Shown here: positions 12,930-26,070 of the stretch, in pieces
How the letters are laid out: each line of letters starts with the position of its first letter
Numbering within the stretch: position 1 is the first letter of the stretch
Origin: Hydrolagus colliei
Taxonomy: Eukaryota
Reading direction: 5' to 3'
Assembly (NCBI GenBank): GCA_035084275.1
Contig: CM068779.1
Location: 310,001-374,000, forward strand
DNA: 64,000 nt
Position numbers and translations under genes: made by a program
Notes under the pieces: model-generated
The model's input: only the letters and a program-made list of their open reading frames with translations
Told to the model about the DNA's origin: nothing
The model's database searches: none

Positions 12930-13320
12930 CGTATGTGTCCAACTGAGATGGAAAATTGGAAGTGAAAGGATCGGTGGGAATGTCAATCAGTGTAGAGCAT
13001 ACGAGATGCCTGTGTCCTGTGAGCCTTGAGGTGGGCCCTGGGATGAGGCAGTCGAGGCGGCTGTTGTTAGAGGTCTGATGGACTGCATCACAATGAGCCC
13101 GACAGCTGATTGCCAGGAGGGAACAAAGGGGTGGCTGCGGAAAGGGCCAGGAATGCGACAATGCAGGAAGGCCTTTGAGAGAAGAGAGTCCAGTGTGAAT
13201 ATTGCAGGAGCGAGATGGGTGCTTAGCGTGAGAGCTGTCAACTCAACGCGAGGGACTACAGCCAAGATGCAAGACTGAGACTGGGAGCTGGGATCAAATG
13301 TTGGGCGGTGAATGGTTAAG
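12930..13320 (-). mobile_element. L2 LINE fragment
   Basis: Reverse strand shows FDPSSQSQSCI-type L2 remnants. Confidence 0.6.
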
Positions 13321-13411
13321 TCACTCAATATAGTGAAAAGGAGTAACCAGATAGTTGGACAGAGTATCTGTCAATCTAGATGTTAAACGAAATAAACGGA
13401 TTTGTTGCAAA

Positions 13412-13484
13412 GGCCCTGTGGCTTAGTTGGCGAAGCGTCTGTCTCGTAAACAGGAGATCCTGGGTTCAAATCCCAGCCGGGCCA
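13412..13484 (+). tRNA. tRNA-Thr(CGT)
   Basis: GGCCCTGTGGCTTAGTTGGCGAAGCGTCTGTCTCGTAAACAGGAGATCCTGGGTTCAAATCCCAGCCGGGCCA. One acceptor-stem mismatch and a D-loop variant. Confidence 0.85.
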
Positions 13485-14492
13485 GAGTAACTAGTTACTG
13501 TTACTGTTGCCGCTGTATGCTGAACAACTGTAATTCTGGTTACTAAAAAGAAAGAAAACTGCCTGTTTGGATGGCTGAGAAATTGCAGTGAAATCGTGAA
13601 AAAAATATTATTGAAACTTTTTCACATTCCGACAGCAATCTGATCTGATATCTGGGTTTCCTTTCATGTGGAGGACTGCATCTATCTCTGCAGGACAGGC
13701 TGGTTTTGGTCCCAATTTTTACTTCAGGTTGGAATTTAGTTGGTGTGAGTGTCTCTTGAACACGGTGATTCTCTTCCACCCGCCCACATGAGCTATGCTA
13801 ATGTAAAAGTGTTAATATTAACACTCAGAAGCAAGAAATTCCCATTGTTTGCTGGGTAGCTGCAGTGGGCTTTTGCCTGTTCTACATCTGAGAAACAAAT
13901 AACAAGCAGTCAGTAAATATATAGAACAATCTGTGAGAAACTATCATCAGCTGAAGGAAGACAGATCTTGTCGTCAAAATTTATTGAAACGGCCTCTACT
14001 GCTTTGCACATTTTCTAGCGCTTCACAGAATAAACTGTCAATTGAAGCGCAGCCGCGTATTGCACAAGGCAGTATCCCCATAAATAGTCAAAGATTGACG
14101 TGATCAATTTTATTAGTTTTTTTTAAAAGATTATTATTAGGTGTGTGTGTGGAGTAAAGAAATTTGCCCACAATTGCGCCGTGGATTCGAAACTCAGGTC
14201 TCACGCTTGTAAGGCGAGTGCTCTACCCACTAAGCTACAAGACTGCAAGATACTTTATCAAATGCATGGTTTCATATTCTGTTGGCAACTGGCGAATGTT
14301 AGTAGTTTTCTTTGATGTTGCGAGGTGCCAGCCTACTTTTTAATGATGATCAGTACTAATTATTTCGGGTTTCACCCTGAGATTCCTACAATTGCAAGTG
14401 AAAACAGGTCAAATCAAATAAATAACACAAAGTTTGTTTTCGAATCCACCACGTCTCCAACTGGTGGATGTAAAACATACTATTTTCTAAAG

Positions 14493-14574
14493 CGCTGCGA
14501 GCAGGGTTCGAACCTGCGCGGGAATATCCCATTGGATTTCAAGTCCAACGCCTTAACCACTCGGCCATCGCAGC
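14493..14574 (-). tRNA. tRNA-Ser(TGA)
   Basis: 82-nt cloverleaf with acceptor GCTGCGA/TCGCAGC paired, variable arm GGGATATTCCC, and intact boxes. Confidence 0.95.
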
Positions 14575-14934
14575 AACTGTTGCCGTTTCCACTGTGAAAT
14601 TCTCCTTTTTTTAATCAGAATGTTTCTTAATCTGATAATTTGGGAAAACTCTGAATGAAAGCATTCTTCGATCTTGACTGATATTGTCTGAACAGCACAG
14701 ATAAATCTGCCGATTACATGCAACATTTTTCAGCCACTTTCAGATAATCCACTTCCTCAATAAAATCAATATTCACTTGATGTATTGATTCCCTTGAGGC
14801 AGAATAACAACAGCGGTAACAGAGGGGTTGCTGGTATCCCTTTGAAGATACCACACAAAAAGATTGAGAAGGGAAGCAAGTTTCTTCCTGTGACCCGGAC
14901 AGTAATTCCTTGTTGAATGAAATGTGTTCCTGCT

Positions 14935-15253
14935 GGCTAGCGCTATACACATCTTATCAACGACCCAAAGCGCTTCACAAAATATACTGTAAAGTGAATT
15001 GACTGTATATATATTTGTGGGCGAATGGCGGCAGCCAATTGCGCACAGCAGTGTCGCACACACAGTCGTGGATTGAAATGACCAATTTTATTATTGCGTT
15101 TTATTTTGTTAGAGAGATTATTATTGGGCGTGTGGAGTAAGGAAACGTGCCCAAGGGTTCGCCCTGACCTGCCTGGATTCGAACACAGGTCTCCCAAGTT
15201 TGGTCTCCCCAGCTTGCAAAACAAGTGCTCTAACCACTGAGCCACAGGAGCTC
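14935..15253 (-). mobile_element. tRNA-derived SINE with L2-type 3' tail (exemplar of a family with roughly 25-30 copies in the window)
   Basis: tRNA-like head GGAGCTCCTGTGGCTCAGTGGTTAGAGC...GTTCGAATCC, body ...GCTGTGCGCAATTGGCTGCC..., tail GTGAAGCGCTTTGGG...AGCGCTA. Other copies occur near 2.95, 5.8, 7.1, 14.0, 18.6, 30.1, 30.4, 32.3, 32.6, 39.7, 40.5, 42.8, 44.1, 44.7, 46.5, 47.1, 47.4, 48.4, 48.7, 56.6, 57.5, 58.2 and 59.6 kb. Confidence 0.85.
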
Positions 15254-16132
15254 CGATATGTTGATCAGTCGTGCAAACCTCGAAACATAGAGCAGAATTC
15301 ATTTGCATCATCAATTGACACTTCTGCTTTTAAAATGAGAAGTTAGCGGAATGTGATCAAAACCAAAACCTTTATTTGGAACAACGCGGCAAAAATTGCA
15401 CTAAAAACACATTTCGGAGAATAGTTTGAATTACAGTTAGACATTTAGAAGTTACGTATTCATAAATCACCATCATCGTTCCCAATCAGAAAGATTTTAC
15501 TGTGACAAAAATTTTGAATAATGCTCACCATTTATTCCGTTGCCAATTGCAACAGTTATATTTGTACATGTATGTCAGCCATCTGGTTTTTTGGTCTGGG
15601 GTTACATTTACACTGGCTGACATTAACATTATATTGACGGAACTCTATCTGTGATTTCAGCATTCACTCCGAGGCAGTGGAATGAAATCACGCAAACACC
15701 TGCACCAGGGCTAGTTTCCTAATGTTTCTAGATTAATATCAAGTACATTGGTACTGTCTGCATTCTTCAATGTATGACAGGTACTGCTTGAATGAAAAAA
15801 ACCCAGACTTGATTTGATTCTGAACGTTTGAGTAAAGACATGTAGACTGGTTTGAAGACAAATTGATCTAATTTTCCTCTCTATGATATTACACTGCACA
15901 CACATTTGATGATTGGCAGTATAGCGGGAGATTTACCTTGTGTGTCAACACCCTGCCATTGGGACGTCCTTCAAATTAATAGGCGCAAAACACAGAACAT
16001 TTCTTCTGATTGTTGAGGGAGCTTAGTTCTGTATCTATTCCTGAACTGAGTATATGAACAGACAGTGATGCTGGAGCTTTTCCGCGTTTTTAGAATTTTC
16101 TGTGCCTATTTAGAATAGACGTTCGAGTATTG

Positions 16133-17945
16133 CTAATTAAATAATTCAGCAATTAGTATAAAAGGAAATCTCACCGATCTCTTAATCTCTTCTCTGAATG
16201 AGTCTGGGTAACAGCGTAAATGCATGTGGTTTTACAGGAGCTTAAAAGCCGCCTATTAATTTGAAGGACGTCCCAATGGCTGGGATCATTGTAGCCTGAG
16301 AAGTAATTTGACACTGAAATTCTCCAGTATATGAAAAATAAAACATACGTCATCCACAACACTATAAAATTGCCTGATATCGCAATAAGTAAAACAATGG
16401 CTTTCCTTCGGCTCTTCATTTCTGGATCACTATCTCTCTCACCTCTATTCTTGTCCACATCACTGTGTCCCCGCCATCTCCTGCGGGCTCGACTGGCCTC
16501 CAGGAAGTGCCTGACAATCAGGGCGTTGAGCAGCAAAATCACAACGAATGGGAGAATCGGGGTTAAAATTGTGTCGATGAGGTCATACACTATCCATGGG
16601 AGAAACGAGTAAAAGTTTGCTATAGTAACACATCCCATCGGTACACTGTTAAGAATGATCTGTGGTTCATCGGAAAAATACCAAGGAATGCTTTCCCCAA
16701 AGAAGAACACATTCAGCCCCGCTATTACTGCAGCAGCTGTTTTTTCGGTGCAATATTTAGTTTTCAGTTGTTGGCAGCAGACGGCGACATGATATCGATC
16801 AAGGTGAAAGCTACAGTTAGCCAGACAGAGATTGCCGATGCTGCACCACTCACTACAGCTAGCAGCGCGCAAACAGGAGTGATGTTCACGAATGAATATG
16901 GGAAGTAGTAACGAACAATGCGAAAGAAAATCACCGTGAAAATTACCACCATCAGATCAGCCACTGACATGGCCACTAGATAGTGAGAGACACATTTGGA
17001 CCGCACCTCCCTCGGGACAGTATCAGAATGGCCGCGAGGTTAGCTACAGAGAGAGTGAGGGGAAAATGACCAGTTATAATAATCCATTTCTACAGTTGAT
17101 TTTCTGCTGATAAAGTGTATATCTTGTGCTGGACTTTCTGTTGTGTTGTATTCGCTTCTCTCACATTCAGTCACTATTTTGCGGAATCAACGGGAGATGG
17201 AGAAAAGTCTGGCTCGCTGCTCATCACCAGGTAACACAATCACACACACATACAGAGACAGACAGAGATCCACAGAGAGAGGGAGATGTGCTGACATGTA
17301 GAGAGGGGAAACAGAGCAATAAACAAATAGGTGACTCACAGGACTATATAGAGTAAAACAGATTCAGTCAGAAAGGCACCAACACGTTTTGTTTAATCGG
17401 CAGAAAGATCTATACCCGTTCAGAGAGAGAGACAGTCACAGACATAGAGGAACTGGAAGATGCAGAGATACAACTACACAGAGCGTTGTACACAGACACA
17501 TTGAGAGAGGCACAGAGCTACAATGAGACAAATAAATAATTTTTAGGTTACATCATAAAAAAAATAACAGAATTCCATCGCGTTCACAACAATTATTTTC
17601 TCTATTCAATGCCGCCCTTCTATCTTTAATACCTAAGCAGGCAAACTGGAGATGTCTTATTAAAACTTTATTCTCGCTACCGCACTTAGTTGAGAAATCA
17701 CGTCCTCGCAATATATTTGAACGTCATCGGTCAGTTATCCGAAAAAGGGCAATGGGGAATTTCAAGGTTTACACAAACCATTATTTGCTGATTGCAAAGG
17801 TGAGATTGCTAAACTGAGTGAGGCTAGAAAATTCACTGCAAACTAACCTAAATAATGAATTGATAAATCACTTGCCAGGAATACCAACAGCAGCGAGAAT
17901 CGGGTAGTAATTTTTTTCTGTTCTGTATATCATCGGATAGGCCAT
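16133..17945 (-). pseudogene. GPR139/GPR142-like class A GPCR pseudogene, copy 1 (exon 1 17945-17876; exon 2 17043-16133)
   Basis: Exon 1 encodes MAYPMIYRTEKNYYPILAAVGIP. Exon 2 contains ANLAAILILSRG..YLVAMSVADL..DRY..CCQQLKTKYCTEKTAA..DPEMKSRRKAIVLL..CIYAVTQ. At least three frameshifts: a 4-nt deletion near 17000, a 1-nt deletion near 16800, and one near the C-terminus. Confidence 0.85.
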
Positions 17946-20900
17946 CTTCACGGTGACAAAATGAATCCTCTTCCTCAGAAGGCAGCTCGCATGCTAATTG
18001 TGTTTTAGAATAGCAGAAAACGGGGTCTTATTTAAATGAAAGTGGGGAACGCTCCTTTGAGCAATTTTACCGCACGATCCTGGCACGATGTTCTGTAACA
18101 TGCCAATGATCGGAAGGAATCATTTCTGCAGCTTCTTTTGGTGCTCAGAATCACAAATTGGAAGTGTTTTCACACATATCTTATACAATTAAAGCGTAAC
18201 TTGCACAATAAGCTTGCTGCTGTTGAAGATACGAGAATGACCAGAGTGGAAATTGGTCCTTGCTCACAATTGGTCAGAATAGAACAGCGCCAAAGCAACA
18301 GTTGGCAGAGAAGCATATAAGTTTGCAGCACTGAATTAGGACACCCAGCCCTTTGGACTTATTTGGAACTGCTCTTGCAGTCAGACAACCCAACCTGCTT
18401 CCTTCTTGATAGACTTGTGATTGTTTCTCTTTTAAAATATGTAATAAATAATCTGGTGAAACTTTTTCTGGAATTTTATGTAAAGTACATGAAGGATCTC
18501 TTCAGAAATCGATCCACGTTTCCACTAACAGTCATATTCCTCATTATCTCTGGGTATTAATAATAATAATGCTTGAAGTTGATATCGCGCTTTTCGCATC
18601 ATCTTAACGTGTCAAAGCGCTTCACAGAATATACTGTAAAGTGAATTGACTATATATATATATGTGTGGGTGAAACGCAGCAGCCAAATGTGCACCGCAG
18701 TATCCCCCACAAATAATCTTGGATTCAAATAACCATATCCTAAATATACACTGGTGCTATTATTAGACGTATGGAGTAAGTAAACTTGCCCAAGTATTCG
18801 CATTGATAGGAATTAAACCAAGGAATCTCGTTTGAAAGTGAGTGCTCTAACCATTCAGTCACAGTACTCCATAATCGAACACAGTTGGCAAATTAACGGA
18901 TTTATTAATAGAATGAGAATAGTCAGACAGGAAATGTGTAGCCAGAATACATGATTAATTTGCCTCAAGTGGTAGCGACAAGTTCAGTCAGTGTCGAGTT
19001 TTCAATTTGCTGTATTAATTTACACAAACCCTAAAAAATGATGGCAGCTCCACAACTCCCACGCCTGCAAAAGAGACGGCTTAAACGGTTAAGGAGATAC
19101 ATGTGGAATAAGGAAATTTGGTGTACGTTTTACAATGCTGGAAATCAAATCAAATCTCTGGTTTGGGAGCTGTGTGCTACATACACTGATCTCTGTTACA
19201 GATGATGTTACTGAGCTTTCTAATTCCACTACGAACATACTTACATAAGGAGGTTAAAGCGAGTTGTTTGAATTTGGAATGCATTGACTGAAAAGGTGGT
19301 GATTAGTCCGATTAGATAACAATGTTTATAAGACATTTATTTGGGGGAGGACGGGTTTGCGAGGTTATGGGAAGAGAGCTGGGGAGTGGGATTCAAATGC
19401 TCTTTATAAGAGCTGGTAGAGACTCGATGGGCCAATTGGCCTCCATTTGTACCATAAGATTCTATAATTCGATGAGTCGATGCACCATGGATCTTGCCTG
19501 ATCTTGTCGTATTATCGCAGATACCCTAATTGGTCCGATTTCACATAAATACCGTGTCAACTTTGTTCAGCCGTTTCCTGACAATCCACTTTCTCAACAA
19601 GGTCATGATTCACATGATATGTTGATTCACTTGAGGATGAATATCAGCAGCGATAGCAGAGGTCTTGCTGGTATCCCATTGAAAATCCCACTACTCAATT
19701 TGAGAAGACAAGCGAATTTCTGCCTGGGTTCTTCCCAGGAAATCTTTTTTTGATTTAGCGTTGTATCTGTTGCTGTTTGCAGGCTGTTACTGCGGGCATC
19801 TGTGTGCAGCATTTACCCAAGTACAGTCTCATAACGGCCGGGAATTTGAGCAAGCTTTAGAGGCCTGTCGAAATAAGAAATAGACCTATACTAATTCCAA
19901 TTAATCAAACACACTGGAAATTATTGCTTGGAATATACAGTAAACAGGTTACTCGTGGAAAATTTTCCACGAATGTGTGTGAGTCCAGGATATCAGCTGT
20001 GCTGTCGAGTTGTTAATGTGATGGACCAGAAAATATATTGAGAACGTTATGCGAATCGATAACTATCTTGCCGTGATATTATATTCTGACAATGTTTATA
20101 GTGAGGTTACAATACAATAATCCTGTGTTTGATTCAAAACTCACTTGATGAACTTAATATATATAACGCAATAAGATCCATGAAATTGAACACACAAAAA
20201 TCATTACCTTCATATTATTTGTAATGACATTTTATTTAGATGTTGATCAGTCGTGCAAATCTCGAAACATAGTGCACAGTTCATTCGCATCAACAACAGC
20301 ACATTCTGCTTTAAAATTAAAAGTTTGGGGAATGTGTTCAAAACCCAAACCTTTATCTGGAACAGCTCGGCAAAAAGTTCACTAATAGTGCATTTGGGAG
20401 AATAGTGTGAAATACAGTTAGACACTTAGGGGATAATTATTCGTAGATAACATTCAGCTTTACCAATCAGAAAGATTTCACTGTGACAATGATTTTGAGT
20501 GATGTTCACCATTTATTCTGTTGCTAATTTCATCAGTTATATTTGCAGATGTGTGTAAGCTCTCTGGCTTTTTGGTCTGGGATTACTATTGCACTGGCTA
20601 GCATTACCCTCATATTGACGGTACTCTATCTGTGATTTCAGCATTCACTCAGCGGCAGTGGTTTGAAACCACGCAAACACGTGCACTGGGGCTAGTTTCC
20701 CAATGTTTCTAGATATATATCTGGTAGTTTGATACTTTTTGCATTGTTCAATGTACGACATGTAGGTTTGAATGAAACTAAAACAAAACAGATTCGATTT
20801 GCTTCTGGAATGCCCGAATATTTGAGTTAAATCATGTAGACTGGTATGAATGCAAACAAAATTTATATAATTTTCCTCTCTATGATGGGTAGCTGCACAT

Positions 20901-21110
20901 ACATTTGCTTATTGACTGTAGCCCAAGCTTTACCGTGTGCGTCAACAAGCAACCATTTCAATGTCCTTCCTAAACAATAGGCGCTGAAAACAGAGCATTT
21001 CCTGTTATTGTTGAGGGAGCTTTATTCTGTATCTATTCCTGAACTGGAAATGGGAACGGACAGGGAAGCTGGAGCTGTTCTCTGTCTTTCAAATAGACTT
21101 TCATGTATTG

Positions 21111-22726
21111 CTAATGAAATAACTTAACAATTAGTATAAAAGGAAATGTCACTCCTCTCTTAATCTCCTCTCTGAATTGAGTCTGTGTAACAGCGTAAAT
21201 ACACGTGTTAGTACAGGAGCTTAAAAGGTGCCGCATGTAAGCAGATTGCTGAATAATGTTCCAAGGATCATTATCGCCTGAGAAATAATTTGCCCCTGAA
21301 ATTCTCTGGTATAAGAAAAATAAAACATATGTCATCCATAACACTGTAAAATTGCCTGATATCGCAAAGTGTAAAACAATGGCTTTCCTTCGGCTCTTCA
21401 TCTCGGGATCACTGTCTCTCTCATCTCTATTCCTGTCCGCATCACTGTGACCCCGCAATCTCCTGAGGTCTTGACTGGCCATCAGGATGTGCCTGACAGT
21501 CAGGGCATTGAGCAGCAAAATCACAACGAATGGGAGAGTCGGGGTTAAAATAGTGTTGAGGAGGTCATACACTGTCCATAGGATAAGTGAGAAAAAGCTT
21601 GCTTTAGTTTTACATCTCCACGGTATATTATTATATATGAACCGTGCACCAACGAATATGGGAATTCATAACCAACAATGCGATAGAAAATCACCGAGAG
21701 AATTACCACCATCAGATCAGTCACTGACATGGCCACCAGATAGACACATTTGGAGAGACCGCACCTCCCCCGAGACAGGATCACAATGGCCACGAGGTTA
21801 GCTACAAGAGAGAGAGAGAGAGAGAGAGAAATGACCAGGTATGATAATCAATTTTTACAGTTGATTTTGTGCTGATAAAATATATATTTTGTGTTGGAAG
21901 TTCCTGTTGGGTAATATTCGCTTCTCTCACATCAAGTCACTATTTTGCGGAATCAAAGGGAGATGGAGTAAAGTCTGGCTCTTTTCCCATCACCAAGTAA
22001 CACAGTCACACACACACACACATACAGAGACAGACAGAGATTCGCAGACAGAGGGAGATGCACTGACATGCAGAGAGGGAAATGTAGCACGAAACAAAGA
22101 AGGGACACACAGGACGATGTAGAGAAAAAATACATTCAGTCAGTAAGGCACAAATACCCTTTTTTTAATCAGCAGAAAGATCTATAACCGTTCAGAGAGA
22201 GACAGTCACAGACGTAGAGGGAATGGAAGATACAGAGATACAACTACACAGCGAGTGATCCACAGACACAATGAGAGAGGCACAGAGATACATGAGACAA
22301 ATAGAAAATTATTATACTGCATCATAAAAAACAATTACATAATCAATATGCCATCGGATTCATCTGATCTATTTTGAATGGTGCCCTACAATCTCTAATA
22401 CCTAAGCAGGGAAACTGGAGGTTTCTTCCTAAGCTTTTATTCTCGCTGTGCACATCCATGTGAGGATGTGATAAGAAATCACATCCTCACAATTTATTTG
22501 ATCGTCAGTGGTCAGTATCCCGGAATAGGGCAAAAGGGAATTTCAAGGATTACACAAACCACCATTTGCTGATTGAAAGGTGAGATTGCTAAACTGAGTC
22601 AGACTACAAACTTTACTGCAAACTAACCTAAATAATGAATTGGATAAATCACTTGCCAGGAGTTCCAACAGCAGCGAGAATCGGGTAGTAAATTTTTCCT
22701 ATTGTCCCAATTATCGGATAGGCCAT
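21111..22726 (-). pseudogene. GPR139/GPR142-like GPCR pseudogene, copy 2 (exon 1 22726-22657; exon 2 21801-21111)
   Basis: Paralog of copy 1: MAYPIIGTIGKIYYPILAAVGTP | ANLVAIVILSRGRCGLSKC... The TM3-TM4 segment (including the DRY motif) is deleted near 21650, with a frameshift. The C-terminal half is open. Confidence 0.85.
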
Positions 22727-23392
22727 CTTCACGGAGACAAAATGAATCCCCTTCTACAAAATGCAGCTCACGCAAAAAGAGTGCTTCTCAAGAGCATAAA
22801 ACTGGGTATTATTTAAATGAAAGTGGGGAACGCTCCATCGAGCAATTTTACCGAATGAAACTTGGGGAGTTTGAGCCGTGTGCAAACAAAAACATTATCT
22901 CCCTGAGTTACGCAATTCACCCCAATGATGTAATTTGGGGGCAGCTGGGTGTCCATTCCATGATGAAACCCAGGCCCACAACTCCACACACGCCACCGTG
23001 TGTCAGTGCAATGTTGTTCATAATTAACGAAACCATCAGAGAGATGCACATGTGTGTGTGTGTCCCACACCTACACACAGTATTCACCAGCCTGGAGTGT
23101 GTGTGTACATTGTCTACACAGGGGCCACTCACTAGCATTGAACCCACTACCTACTGCATTGGTCACAGCTTGGGAGGGACAAAGGCCTTTGTGACCACAG
23201 TGTATACAGGGCGCTGAGGTCACTGCTGTAGTTTAACCCGTAAATGGTGAAACGCTTTCCACAAAGGATAATGCTGCCATACAATTCCAATATACTGCCT
23301 TACATTGTATACACCTGGCTGTGAAATGCTAGTCAGCCACAAAGGAATAAAATATTCATGGGTTAAATGTATTCCTCGGTGTATATGTGTGT

Positions 23393-25735
23393 CTATCTAG
23401 TTTTGGGAAATGAGGTAGGGCAAGTTCAACAGGTTTCTGTAGGTGAGCATCTAGGGAATAGTGACCACAATATCGTTAGATTCAGAATAATTATGGAAAG
23501 GGATAAGGAACGATCACAGGTGAGGACACTCAACTGGAAAAGGGCTAATTTCAATGAGTTGAGGTGGGACCTAGCCAAGGTGGATTGGAAAGAAAAATTG
23601 GCAGGTAAGACAACTAACGAGCAGTGGGCAGCGTTCAAAGAGGAGATAGTTCAGGCACAGGTCAAAAGCATCCCCACAAAGGTGAAATGTAAGGCATCCA
23701 AACCTCCCTGGATGACTAAGGAAATCGGGGCCAAAATCAAACAAAAAAAAGAGGCTTATGATAAGTGTCAGGCTCAAAATTCAGAAGGGAACCAAGCAGA
23801 ATATAGGAAGTGTAGGATAGAACTAAAAAAGGAAGTTAGAGGGGCAAAGAGACTGCATGAAAAACAATTAGCGAGTAAGATTAAGGGGAACCCTAAGGTT
23901 TTTTACCAACATATTAAGAGTAAAAGGTTGGTCAAGGAGAGGGTGGGGCCAATTAGGGACCTAGGAGGAAATCTCATTGTGGAGGCAGAGGGCATGGCTG
24001 ATGTACTGAATGAGTACTTCGCCTCTGTCTTCACAAAAGAAAATGATACAGCCAATGCCATGGTATTAGAGGAGAGGGTAGGAGAAATGGATAGAATAAT
24101 TATAACCAGAGAGGAAGTGCTAACAAGGTTGACGTCGCTCAAGGTGGATAAGTCACCTGGTCCGGATGGGATGCACCCTAGGTTACTAAGTGAGGCACGG
24201 GAGCAAATAGCAGGGACTCTGGCCACGATCTTTCAATCTTCCTTGGACACAGGGGTCGTGCCAGAGGACTGGAGGATAGCTAATGTTACTCCCTTGTATA
24301 AAAAGGGGCAGAAGGACAAGCCTGGTAACTACAGACCAGTCAGTCTAACGTCGATAGTGGGCAAACTTCTAGAGTCCATAATCAGGGACAAGGTAGATCT
24401 TCACTTAGAAAGATATAGGCTAATAAAGGACAGTCAACATGGATTTGTTAAAGGCAAATCTTGCCTTACAAATCTGATAGAATTTTTTGATGAGGTAACG
24501 GAATGGGTGGATAACGGTAGCGCAGTTGATGTAGTTTACATGGACTTTCAAAAGGCATTTGACAAAGTGCCACATGAGAGACCTATTATGAAATTAAAGG
24601 CCCATGGCGTAAAAGGGACAGTGGCAGCGTGGATCCACAACTGGCTGCGAGACAGAAAGCAGAGTGTTGTAGTGAGCGGCTGTTTTTCAGATTGGAGGGA
24701 AGTGAGCAGTGGTGTGCCACAGGGATCGGTTTTGGGACCATTGCTGTTTGTAATCTACATCAATGATCTGGACTTGGGTGTACGGAGTACAGTTTCCAAG
24801 TTTGCAGATGACACTAAGTTAGGGAGAATAGTAAACAGTGAGGAGGATAGTAGCTATCTGCAAGAGGATATAGACAAATTGGTAAAGTGGGCAGACACAT
24901 GGCAGATGAAGTTTAATGCAGAGAAGTGTGATGTGATGCATTTTGGGAGAAGAAATGAAGGGAGGCAATATAGGCTAGATAGTACAATTTTAAATGGTGT
25001 GAAGGAACAGAGAGACCTGGGGATTTGTGTTAGTGACTCGTTGAAGGTGGCAGGACAGGTAGACAAGGCTGTTAAGAAGGCATATGGGATACTAAGCTTT
25101 ATAAATAGGGGTATAGAGTACAAAAGTCAGGAAGTGCTGACTAACCTCTATAGGACTTTGGTGAGGCCTCAGCTGGAATACTGTGTTCAATTCTGGTCAC
25201 CACACTACAGAAAGGATGTGAAGGCATTGGAAAGGGTACAACGAAGATTTACTAGGATGGTGCCAGGATTGAGGGACTTCAGCTATGAGGAGAGGCTAGA
25301 TAGGCTAGGGTTATTCTCTCTGGAGCAGAGAAGATTGAGGGGAGACCTAATAGAGGTTTATAAGATCATGAGGGGTTTCGACAGGGCAAATAGAGAAAAA
25401 CTATTTCCACTCGTGGGTGAATCTGTGACTCGTGGTCACAGATTTAAAATAGTTTCAAGGCGCAGTAGAGGGGAGCTGAGGAGAAATTTTTTCACTCAGC
25501 GAGTTGTTCGAATCTGGAATGCATTGCCTGAAAAGGTGGTGGAGGCTGATTCGATAACAACTTTTAAAAGGGAATTAGATCTTTATATAGGGAGAACGGG
25601 TCTATTAGGCTATGGGGAGCGGGCAGGGCAATGGGATTGAATCGCTCTTTTCAAAGAGCCGGCACAGACTAGATGGGCCGAATGGCCTCCTTTTGTGCCG
25701 TAAAATTCTATGATTCTATGATTCTATGATTCTAT
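23393..25735 (+). mobile_element. CR1 LINE, 5'-truncated, with an uninterrupted ORF2 RT region (ORF 23367-25640)
   Basis: RT motifs NYRPVSLTS, DFQKAFDKV, GVPQGSVLGP and FADDTKL. The 3' end has the GGCCGAATGGCC stem-loop and an (ATTCTATG)n tail. Most of the endonuclease domain is absent. Confidence 0.95.
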
Positions 25736-26070
25736 CACTTTGTGTGTATGTGTTTGTGTGTGTGTGTTATGTGTCTCCGTCTTTCTCCTTAACAACTGTG
25801 ACTCTGTATCTGTCTCTAACTCTTTCTGTCTCTCTCTCTCTCTCCCCCTCTCTCTCATTTTGTGTGTCTGTTTATGTAGACACAGGTGTATGCATCTGTC
25901 CCTCTGTATCTGTCCCTATGTGTGTGTGTGTGTGTGTGCATTTATGTGTGTCTCTCTCTGCTTTTGTGTGGGTGTCTCCCTCCCTCTCTAACCCTGTCTC
26001 TCTCTAAATGACTTTAGCCCTGTCTGTCTCTCACTCTCCCACTGTGTGTGTGTGTGTGGGTGTGATTGTC
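25736..26070. repeat. (TG)n/(CT)n low-complexity flank
   Basis: Dinucleotide-rich tract. Its first 141 bp are duplicated at 56373-56513. Confidence 0.85.

Noticed and set aside
13543-13779. ORF with HERKP..SECEK resembling a C2H2 zinc-finger linker
   Set aside because: It has no CxxC...HxxxH pattern, so it cannot be supported.
23367-25640. 757-aa ORF as a domesticated gene or active LINE
   Set aside because: It is a 5'-truncated CR1 ORF2 lacking most of the endonuclease, and its ATG comes from the flank. An open frame is expected for a young insertion.
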